NCBI GenBank assembly: GCA_023334545.1
Contig: JAADVB010000030.1
Location: 46,714-110,713 of the forward strand
Length of the DNA: 64,000 nt
Source: Salisapilia sapeloensis CBS 127946
Taxonomy: Eukaryota; Protista; Oomycota
Direction of reading: 5' to 3'
Part shown: positions 11,468 to 22,369 of the stretch, one piece after another
Numbering within the stretch: position 1 is the first letter of the stretch
Layout: the number at the start of each line of letters is the position of its first letter
Translations under genes and position numbers: made by a program
Notes under the pieces: model-generated
What the model was told of the DNA's origin: nothing
What the model saw: only the letters and a program-made list of their open reading frames with translations
Databases searched by the model: none

Positions 11468-14436
11468 TCAAATTGGTAAAATTGAAAACATTGATCGAAC
11501 CTTCAATTGACAATATACACGCATTTCAAAATATTCTTTCTTGCCGACCAAATCATGCGCAGCTCGTGCTGCCTGACAAAGCTTAGCAATGTCATCAACA
11601 CAGCATCGAGTAGTAAAGGCTGATTCTGTATTTTGCAGGCCGTCTTGCTTGAGAAGCCACACGATGATATCCACACACACCCTACACGAGGCAAACATTA
11701 TCACAGACCACACGGTATTTTCCACGCTTCTGACAAATGGTCTTCGCACATTCGATAATTCCTACTATCATTAATGCTGAAATAATCCAGGAAGATCAAA
11801 ATTGCCCAGTCAACAAAGTTGTTAATGTGGCCTGCAGCTACATGCACAGCGTAATTGAATGGGTGCGCTCGATAGTCATTTTTAGAAAACTTTGACACAT
11901 CCACAAAGTAGGCTTTATCCTCACTGCAGCTGACTCGAAGCTTTCACTGCCGTTATCATCGACTTCAGTGATGGCTAGATTTCTGTCCATCTGCTCCTTC
12001 TGAATCATCTTGACATCTTGCATACGGAGTGGATTTTTGTTGGTGATGCTCTTGTTGTGATTTCTACTCGTCTGATTGCTGTCTGATAAGATTTTAACCA
12101 TTTCTGGGAAATCGTCCTGACTTAGACTGTCATCTTTAGGACGTGTGTGATCCTCGATGTCAGGCTGCTCATTGTCTGTCTATTTTAAAGACAAGTGCAA
12201 TATATTACTAGAGAGATCATTCTCGTCCGCACCATCTCTAGTAGGGTCGTTCTCACTTTCAATGTCTAATTCAGCAGCTGCTTCTTACAGCTTTGCCACA
12301 AAGTCATCCGGGGGACGACAGCCCTTTCAAGAATGCGCTGCACTCTCTCCTTGGCTACATACTTTTTAACGACGTCATCGGAAAAATCTGCAATCGCATT
12401 CAGTACAAGGCCCGGGTCGTTAGATAGCAAAACTGATTCAATAATGTCTTGTATGAGAAAACCTCCAAATAACGCGAGCGCCGAACACGTCAGCGAGATG
12501 GCCATCTCAATCTTCTCTTTTTTTAGCAACCTGTACCTCTATCTTGGGAAACTATCATAAGTTTGTTGAAGTTGCTTTGAAGTATCTGCAGACCGTTTTG
12601 TTTTGCAATGAGGCGCATTGATTTCGAGTTATTTACGATATAGTATCTGCAGACTCTTTTCATTCGCTGTCGTACGCTCTTTAAGCCTTTGAATGGAGGC
12701 TTTGATACATCCCGTCCAATCTGAATTTTCCATATTTTGATCCCTTTTATATAATAAGCATCCATCTGCATGTTTGAAATAAAATCTCGCTCGCACATTT
12801 CCGAAATGATCGTCAGACACAGATTACGATCGTGGTTTTCGTACGCGAATCGTCGCGGAAGCGACATAATTCAGCCGTTTTGAATATATGGCTTTATTGC
12901 CTCAAGCTCGAGCCGACCAAGAGCTAGTTTCATAATGAGACTGTCATCATTCATGCAAATCGAGTAGAACAGTTTCGATTGGAACAACTTCGTTCAATAT
13001 GTTTGGGTTGTGTCATGGGTTTCAATTAGTTTCTGAGCACACTCTACGTACTGAAACGCCATGGTCTTCATAATTTTGCCTCGGAACTTTTCCTTGAGGG
13101 ACTTGTTTTCGACTGCTTCCGAAACAAATTAATGGTAGTTACAACTTTCGTACGGATCTATTCCATAGCGTATCAACCGTTGCAGCGCATCCAGGTTTTT
13201 GAACTTCACAGCTTGTTGCAGTAACGCCGCTTCGTTTAAATGCTTTGCTGTTTTAATCCAGAAGTCGTCGCCGATCCATTTGATGATAGAACCCCTCTTA
13301 TCAGTATCTTCCGTCGTGAATGCCAAGTACAGCACTTCGACTTGATGACCTTTTAAGACGCTAGAAACTTGACGCTTCCATTGGAAGTCCATGAGTCCAT
13401 CTCTAGCTTTTGTGACCTCTTTAGACCGAGTGGTCATATCATTCACTGAGTTTTCAAAGAGTGTCTGGCGCAAGAAACCTTGCAGAGTCTCACGCTTTTC
13501 ACTCTTGAGCGCTTTGTCAAGACTTGTGAACGGTTCCTCGGGGGGCGACAAACTTTTCGAAATTGTGAAGCTTCAGGCACGTTCCTTTGCAGTTTCACCA
13601 TAGCTGTTCTTCGCATTCGGATTTGATCCCCATTCGGTCATGAGTTTTATAACCCCTACATTTTCTTCCAAGACAGCATGATGAAGTGGGATCTCACTAG
13701 TTCCACCGTTCCTATTTACCTCTCCTTCATGTTCTACCAACAACTTTGCCACAGCTAGTTGCTCCTTCTCTGCAGCACGATGAAGCGGAATGTCACCATC
13801 GTCTTCCACCACATTTACATCCGCCCCATGCTCTAGTAGTAACTTGGCAATTTCAGGAAACTTCTTGAGAGAGCAACATGTAACGGCGTGTTCTCATACT
13901 TGATCTTTGCATGCACGTCCGCTTCATGCTGTAAGAAAAGTTTCGCCATCTCCTTGCTTCCGAACTTAGTAGCAACATGGAGTGGTATCCCATCGAATTT
14001 TCTGAATGCATTCACGTCTGCACCGTGTTCCAAAAGCAACTGCGCAACCTGTTTTTGTCTTCACCTGGCAACGTAATGAAGAGCGGTCGAATCCAAATAA
14101 TCTACCTCCCGTATTTCTGCTCCGTACTGCAAGAGAAATTCGATTACTTTGACATGACCTCCTTCCGCTGCCTTATCAAAGGGCGGCGTACACTCATCAT
14201 CGTCATTGGCCCAATTGGCATCCCCTCCTTGATCATTATTCAACCCCTTCTACGTCTCCAGACTTGGCGTACTTCCATAGCCTCTTATCAGGACTTCGAG
14301 AAAGCTTACTGACAGTTCTTTTAACAAGGCTTGATCTTGCTATGACTTGGGACTCGATAGGCAAATGGGAAAATGACGGTTGATGCTTGAAAGCGATGAA
14401 TGAAGGGAGAATAGTGCGCTTCATAGGTGCACCCAT
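11468..14436 (-). pseudogene. Intronless ankyrin-repeat gene (~6 clear repeats plus an unidentified C-terminal region), disrupted
   Basis: Repeats TALHYVAR, IPLHVATKFG, TPLHVAL, IPLHRAA, IPLHHAV, LLEHGADVN. In-frame stops at 14061, 13573, 13129, 12994 and 12871; frameshifts near 14236, 13845 and 12785. The 3' extent below ~12500 is uncertain. Confidence 0.8.
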
Positions 14437-15355
14437 AGAGCATCCTCCTCACAGGATTTGACAAAGCAGCACATTGTTACTAGAGAAATCGCTCCAAACG
14501 TCGAAACTAGTTTTACGCACAGTATAAGCAAGATGACAAGACTAGGATTTTCACATAAAAATCAATTTCTGTCATTGTGCTAATTCTCTTCCATGGTAAA
14601 GCAGAGGACGCGTTTGGATGTAGTTAAAAGCGTCCATAGCTTCATTCTGGGTCTGATACTTTGCACCCAGAACAAAACTGAGAATGGATATTTTCTCTGC
14701 ACATATGCAAGACCGGGGCAAGCGCACGCTAGTGTTCAAGCAGCGATGCGTCAGTAAACTGTGAGAGGTCTGCTGTTGCCTGCATCTTTCGTCGGAACCT
14801 ACTGGTAGGATATGAAGCTAGATATCGACAAAGCTGCCAGAGTTGGTCGGTGTATATCCTTCAATGCCACTTTATGACAAGGTTGAGATGCAGACCGCGA
14901 ATGTTCGGTCATGAGCGTTCCGAGTACACTTCCAGGAATGCATTGACCCTAGCTCAAAGCTCATACGATGCAGTATGCTGTCTAGAGAATACAAGTTACT
15001 GCTTTCTATGATGTAGACATGTAGTACTGGAGCTCTAGTATTCGTTTAGTATTAAAGTAGACTGCCGAAGAGAGTTTGACAGCTACCCATGCAGCATACA
15101 GGTTGCGGATGGGCGATGGGGTCCTTTGAACCTTTTTGCTCCATCTGATCTCTTATGGCCACTTTATGCCATGGATTGGACAGGAAGATCTTTTAGTAGC
15201 TGGACACTAAAAGTCGACCTGGGTACAGCAGACGGAGCCTGCTCTCTCCAAGTCATCCATCTACGTATTGGACTGGATTCTAGTAGCTAGTTAAAACAGG
15301 CAATGGATAAAGAAGACCTAGAGGCTGTAAACGCATGTCATGTATTCAATCGTGC

Positions 15356-18300
15356 CTACTCGTCGTGTTCCGTCTTTTGCTCCGAGACTAGTTTGCGCCG
15401 TCCTCTCTTTCGACGTGTGGCTGCGTCCTGTGTCATTTCAAAGTCAATCTCCTGCGAGTCCATCCGCACTGCGTCCCACGTGTACATGAAGATCGACCAG
15501 ACTTGATCGAGCGCACAAGTCTTTACGTCCAAAGTGATGCGAGGCAGCTCCAGTCGCTGCGTGGCATCTGCAAGCACCGTAGGTTGGCTAGCTTCCTTCT
15601 GCGGTCTGTACGTCTGACAGCGCTCGTTTTCGACGAGGTAGACAGACTTAAGGAAGACTTTAAGACCTAGCAGCATGCCGATCGGAAGCGCATGGAGACT
15701 TTGGAGGCGAGTCGAGTCACGAAGGTTGGGGGCTGTCGAGGCATAGTCGTCGATATCGACGTCCGATAGATCCGGCTCTCTCTCCTGCATGAGCTCCGGT
15801 GCGATGCCAAGGTCTGCGAATTCTTGCTTGAGCGTCTCGAGTAGGTTTCTATCAGATGCAAGAGTAAGGATTCTGGATCCGGAGGTAAGAGAAGAGGTAC
15901 GTACGATGCATGTAGCGTGACGAATCGGTTGATGTGATAAATAAGGAAGAGCGGCTCATCTTCTAGAGCATAAGGGAGGGATGAGAGCAGGTGCGTCAGG
16001 TAGGAGAGGTAGTCTAGTCTCTTGACCGCGTCCTCCGTTGTCGACGGCATTTGCTTGATGGCGAATTGGTTCAGGACTGCCTTGAGGAACAAATTGCGTT
16101 GGGAGCGAGGCGTCCGGAGACAGTTGGAGTAGAGTTGACCAAAGACGCTTCCTCTGCTTGGGTCTTCATCGACAAAGGGAGAGACGAGAGCAAAGGCTTG
16201 CGACTGGAAGGTAAAGGAGCGACGTATGCCGTCCACCGCCGCGGTTGCCAGGAGCTTGGGGAACTTGGCGTGCAGCGTACCTAGCTGGTCCTGCGCCAGC
16301 TCTCGATTGGCAACGACCTTGTCGGAGGCAAGCGCCACGAGTGTCGGGATGCATTCAAAAGGTCCGACGAGTCCTTGTGTCAGGAGTTTCGAGAGACAGC
16401 CAGCAGCCTCCGACCGGACGTGTGTAGATGGGTGGAGTGCGAGAGACAGAATGTTGTGTAGCTGCGCCTGCATGACGCTCCCGACGAGAGACGCGTCTCC
16501 ATCCCGATCTCCTGCCACTTGCTCTCGAGCGTTTCGAGCGAGTCTCTTGGGACTAGATGCGTCCGCCAGTCGTTCCTCTTCGACTTGCAGGAGGTTCTGG
16601 ATGCTCGTGAGACACTGCGTCGCGACGTCCTCCGACCCACTGCGCAGGAGCATTTCTAGTATACGATCTTCATGCGCCTCCAGCAAGAGTCTCGGTCGAG
16701 CGATGAAGAGGAAGCTGAGGCCTTGGACGGCTTTCGTAGTCCACCGGGGCGACGGACTGGACACGAGGTAGGCTGTGTAGACCTTGTAGAGCGACTGAGT
16801 AATGTTGCCAGGCTCGAGGTCGCTCCTGTCTGGCTCTAGGCCTGAGTGTTCGTCTAGGTCGATTGCCGAGACGAACTGACTGGCGCAGAAGAGCGCTCTT
16901 TGGACGGACGCATCGATGCTTGGCGTCATACTGATGGGAGTATCCGATGGCTCAAAGTTCTGGAGGCAGGCGTAGAAGACGTCGAGCATGCTGAAGAGGA
17001 GTGTGGGGGAAGTATTCGTCTTCTTTGGGAGCAGAGCGAGGCACTTGATGGCAGGTCCGACGACGCTCGGAGGTGCTTTGAAGACCAGGTCCTTCATGTC
17101 TGTCTCCAACTTGGTGACGATCCTCGGTGGAATGCGCGTCATGTCGTCGAGTACTTGCTCGAGCATGGAGATGACGACGCTCTGGACTTTGGCTTCATTC
17201 GCTTTGGACAGGTTGTCATCTCCTCCGACGTACACCATGAGCACTCGAACGTGCTTCACCAAGAGACTCGGATTCGCCTCGCTAAAGGCGCATAGAGCCA
17301 AGAGACACGCTAGGACTTGGCTGTCATGTTCGTCGACGCCTAGGAGGGAGAGTGCCGAGCCTTCTTCTAGACGCAAGAGACACTCGACAATGGCGTCGAC
17401 GAGCTGCTGCGGACGAGAGACGACGTTTGGCTTTGGAAACGAGACGTCGATACCGTTCATGACGCGGTCGAGGAGCTGTCCGAGCCACTGGATATTGCCT
17501 ACTTGGTGTGCGACGTGGACGATGGAGGTAACAACGTGAGGCACGTGGTCCGACACATCCGTGTGCTGCTCCTGAGAGCAACGAAAGGCTGCCCATGCAT
17601 TTTGAGGAGAGTCTGCGACTCTTCCTTCGGGCGACATGTAGCTAGAGATAGAGGGCGTGGATGCTTTACCAACGTCTACTCTCGTCCATCCCGGCGGCAG
17701 TTCATCGCACTTGCTGTCCGACGCGAGCGCACTAGTAGACGACAAGAGTTCGGATCGAGATAGATCGGAGCCGAACCATAGCTCTCGGAACATGTCGATG
17801 ACAAAGTCCTTGACTTCCTCCACTTCCAACGGATCTCCGAGTCTCTCCACAAGCGTCCGAGTGCACGCACTCTCCCACTTTCGAATCCTTTCCTCCGTGT
17901 CTCTCGTCAACATGGCCTGGTGGTACGTCGGAGAGAGCAAAAAGGTTCGGAAGAGCTTACAAACGCTCTTGCGGACGCTCACACCCTTGTCTCGAATGCG
18001 ATCCAGTAGCAAGTCGACGTACGACGACAAGAGCACTGGCTGCATGTTCGTATAGGTTCCTACTAGCTCCACGACGGCGTGTCGGACGGACGTGGACGAG
18101 TCGTAGAAGCACTCTCTTACGCAAGAGTGGATGCCGTCGTTGGCCATGAGCATCGGATCGACGTCGACAATGTCAGACAGGACTTTGAGCACTCGAGACC
18201 GGAGACTCGGGCCTGCAGACGACATCGGAGCCACGACATGCGACAAGAGTTTATCAAAGAGCTGGCCCAGAGGTCTGTCTAGCAGCAACTGCATGTTCAT

Positions 18301-20384
18301 CAGAGACAAGACGTCTGGCGTCGGGAGGAGGAGTCTCGATCGACTTGTTCGACTCGACTTTTTGATACTCCAGAGCGACTGCCAGAAGGAGATATTGGAA
18401 GGCGTACAGGTAGGACTCTTCTCCATGTATCGAAGCAGCAGGAGCTTTCGAGCGTCTTCGTGCACTGCATTCGACGTGAACCTACGCTCGAGGTAAACGA
18501 GAACGACATGTTTCCACGCGACGGACTCTGCGTGATCTAGTTGTCGAGGTCTGTCGTCCAGGAGGAAGCGCTCGTGCTCGTCCAGTACAGCCGATACGGT
18601 CGTGTCTCCTCGTATGTCCTCTGTCGTCTGCTTCTGGAAGGTCTTGAGTCGAGCGCAGATCTTGCCCATGGCCTGCAGCGCCGTGGCGACATCCATCGGC
18701 TCCAGTTTCTTCCCCTTGGTCGTCAAGTCGGTGTTGACGACGTGCGCAAGAGATGCGCTCAGGATCTCGAGCAAGAGTTCCGCTCCGGCCCACTCTGGTC
18801 GCGTGCACATGACGAGCAGATCGTCCGTTAGACTGTCCAAGAGTTGTCTGGTCGGAATGTCGCTCTGCTTTTGCTTCTGAAAGAGCTCCGTTAGCAACAG
18901 TCCGACGAGGTTCCGAGCGCCTGCTTGGGCCTTTCCCAGTGCTTCGACATGCCAACTCTGTCCTTGACTGTTACTCGTGCTCTCTGACGTGCTAGTGTCC
19001 TTGTCTAGAGGGATGCAGACGCAGGACTGGACGACAGCCACGAGGAGCATCGATGTCGTGTGGACCGAGAGCTCTGAGTCTGTCAGTTTGGTTTTCCTCA
19101 GACTGCGCTTGGTGGTGGGTTGATGGAGGAAGACGTGGAGGACGAGATTCTGGATCTGTGGAAGGGTGCTTGGATGCCGGACGATGACGCTGCGGAGTAG
19201 CGATAGTCCGTTCTGCTGGAGGATGCCGCTCGAAGAGTTTCTATCTAGCGCAAACAAGTCGACCACGATCCAAGCTAGACGCGTGGCCGTTCGTTCAGGC
19301 ACTTTGACGGCATCTAGGACAAGCGCTAGCCCGTCCATGGTCTCCGAGAGCATAGGTACGACTCCATCGAGAGCCCTTTTCGTTGCATTTGAAAACACTT
19401 TCGGCAGGACAGTCTTGTTATCGCTACGTTGTGTCTTTACTTGCGTCTGGAGCTTCCGAAGGGAGTCCTTGTCAATGACAGGGAGGATGATGCTCTCAAC
19501 GACCCACTTCAACGTGTCGACGCATTGGTCCAAGCTTTCGTCTGATACGACGCGAGGGTCCATGTCCGTCGTGCCCATGATCCGGAGCTTGGCATTGGCA
19601 ATGTCCAGCAACGACTTGGAGGCAGAGACGTCGTCGACGTCGATGAGGACTGTCTTGTTGGTACAAGCTGCGTTTATGGATGCAGCAAGCGTTGTGATGT
19701 TTCTTTCTAGCTGATGACGGAGGTTTTCCATGAGAGACAAGAGAAGGTCAGCGTCGAGTGTCTGGAGCGCATCCTTCTTGGAGAGATACAAGACAGCATC
19801 TTGCAGTGTCTTGGCGTCTTGAGTCGATATGTCGGTGGATGCAGACGGCGTGTCCCATCTGTACTTGGCGATGAGGTCTTGGAGTGTCGTTCCTTGGCTG
19901 TGGGGAGGCTTGGCATGCACTTGATCGTCCGCCACGCCGATAGGGGCGACAGTGTCTTTATTCGAGACACCTCGACGTTTTCTTGTGATGGGAGGAGAGA
20001 TAGTTTCCGGTCGCTTTCGCTTCGGTCTTCGTTTACCTAGAGAGCGCATGAGGACGTGGCTGACTGGATCCAATACGCGTCTACTACCTCGTGTAAATAC
20101 GGTCCGAATCGAGTGTTGCAGGTCCATCGGCATGTCTTCCACCGCAGCGGCATCCATGAACATAGTATCCCGGTCTCTACATCCATAGACATGATAAGCC
20201 TTGCAAAGAACAAAGCAGCAACTAGGTTGACGTACACGAGGTCCGTCTGTGCGCTCTGCAGCGTCGACACCAGTCGCTCTGACGTCGTTTCACTAGTGTC
20301 TGTGCCTGTAGGTATGGGTAGCACTCTCTGCGACTGAGCTCTAGTGCCTGTGTGCAGCAGCAGTTGGTAGAAAGCCGACGCCAT
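15356..20384 (-). CDS. NIPBL: Cohesin loader Nipped-B/Scc2, 3 exons
   Basis: HEAT region with PEWAGAELLLE, LRSRVLKVLSDIVDVDP, DSSTSVRHAVVELVG, DKGVSVRK, QGLVGPFECIPTLVAL and LPYALEDEPLFLIYHIN. Introns near 20236-20178 and 15900-15850 restore frame. Confidence 0.95.
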
Positions 20385-20402
20385 GGCGCTCGTGCGTGGT
20401 CT

Positions 20403-20428
20403 GGCGGGAATGACCGTTTGGCGCGAAA
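20403..20428. promoter_or_regulatory. Two E2F-type sites in the 93-bp bidirectional promoter
   Basis: GGCGGGAAT (20403-20411) and TTTGGCGCGAAA (20417-20428), the reverse complement of the classical TTTCGCGCCAAA double E2F element. Confidence 0.6.
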
Positions 20429-20477
20429 TTCGACTCGAGCATACTCAAGTCAAGTCATTTGGAGCCATCGAGAGAGG

Positions 20478-22225
20478 ATGGACCAAGCGATTGCGGCCGT
20501 CAAGGCCGGTGCGTCCGTACGGGAGGCAGCTCGCAAGTTCGACGTACCTCGAACGACGCTGCAGCGACGTCTTAAGACTGCGGATGTCAAGGTGGAGGCG
20601 AAGGAGGTGGAGGTTGCCACGGCCGGTCACAAGCGTCGGGCACCAGAGATGACGCCGAGAGTGTCCAAGGGGCCGCACAAGGCGATTAATAACAAGATTC
20701 GGATGCTCTTCACGGCAGCAGGGAATGCGATTGAAGAGAAGAGCAACGCGATGCGGAGTGCCGGAGAAGACGTGTATAAGCTCGGTCTCGGCCAGTCTCC
20801 GTTTCCAGTGCCCGAGTGCGTCGTGGATGAACTGCGGTAGACTTTTATTCGATACGATACGTGTATTCTTTACTCAGGCATGGCGACAGAGCGCATGCCG
20901 ATCGACGAGACTACTTGCCAGTGGCGGGGCTAGTGGAGCTACGAGAGGACGTTGCGTCCTGGGCGTCCTCTTCTCTCGACCTCGATCTGGACAAGGACGA
21001 CGTGCTCATCGGCCCTGGCACCAAGGAGCTCCTGTACGTCCTCCAGACAGTCTACTATGGAGACTTACTCGTCCCGAATCCGTCTTGCTCCAGCTACGGT
21101 CCACAGGCTACCATCGCCGGCAGGTAGACTCTGCCCGTGTGTCTTTTAAACTCTTCTACTGACCCTCGTGCCGCCTAGAAACCTCATTTGGCTACCTACG
21201 TACATGAAGGACCGGTGGATCCTCCGACCGGACGTCCTAGAATCCTACTGCCGCTCCGATCCTGGTACATGTCTCGTGTCGATCATGCCGACTGCTTCCT
21301 AAGAGATCGTAGACGCGCCTCGAATGCTCATGCTCAACAGTCCTTCGAACCCGACCGGATGCGCATGCACAGAGAGCGAGGTAGACTAGTTGTTCTCGTA
21401 CGATCAACCGCTTCTAACGTGCTGTAGCTGGAAGCTCTGGCAGACGTGGCGAGACGCTACCGCGTGCTGGTGATTTCAGACGAGATCTACTCGGAGCTGC
21501 ACCACTCGACCAAGCACGTGTCCATCTCTCGGTACTACCCCGAAGGTACGATCGTGTCTGGCGGCCTGAGCAAGTGGTGCGGCGCCGGTGGCTGGCGCGT
21601 CGGCTTTTGGCTGTTTCCCAAGACGCTCGACTGGCTTCGATCAAGTATGCTCGTGATGGCGTCGGAGACGTACACGTCTGTCGCTGCGCCTATTCAGTAC
21701 GCCGCTCGACGAGCGTACGCGCCCGGGTGCGTTGGTATACGCTTGGTATGGTATCGAGTCGTAGCTAACGTGGCTGACAGGTGCGACGAGCTGCAGACGT
21801 ACAAGCGCAGGTGCTGTAAGATCCTCGAGATCGTCGCGCAGTGGTGTGTGTATCAGTTACGCAAGGTGGACTTGGAAGTGCACGCGCCAGACGGCGGCTT
21901 CTACGTCTTTCCCACCTTTGCTCGTCATCGGCAGCACCTGTCCAAGGAAGGCATCTTGACGGACGAGCAGCTCTGCGAGCGCCTGCTGGAAGAGACTGGC
22001 GTGGCTGTGCTGCCAGGGTCGTCGTTTGGGTGCGACCCGAGAGATCTGCACGTGCGCGTGGCGTTCGTGGACTTCAAAGGCGAGTTGGCCATGTACTTGG
22101 TTGACAGCATGGACAGCATCACGATGGACGAACGTGACCGGTTCGTGTCGTCGGTGTGTCCCAAGCTGGATGGCGCGATGCGTCGACTAACGACATGGCT
22201 CACGTCGTTGCGTACGAGACACTAG
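20478..22225 (+). CDS. Pipsqueak/CENP-B-type HTH fused to a class I/II PLP-dependent (aspartate-aminotransferase-like) enzyme; multi-exon
   Basis: Exon 1 runs MDQAIAAVKAGASVREAARKFDVPRTTLQRRLK...GEDVYKLGLGQSPFPVP; then DYLPVAGLVELRE, GPGTKELL, LNSPSNPTG, ISDEIY, SGGLSKW..GGWRVG, PDGGFY, AVLPGSSFG and HVRVAF. Confidence 0.92.
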
Positions 22226-22369
22226 TGTCGGATGGAGGAGGCAGAGAAAAAGGGCGGGAAGCGTTTGAATTGGCCGAAAGGTAGAAGTAACCTTGCTCCG
22301 ACGAGCGATGGCTAATGACACCGAACCCAGGCCACGACTGGCTTTCTCCCCATTTGGCCTTTTCGGACC

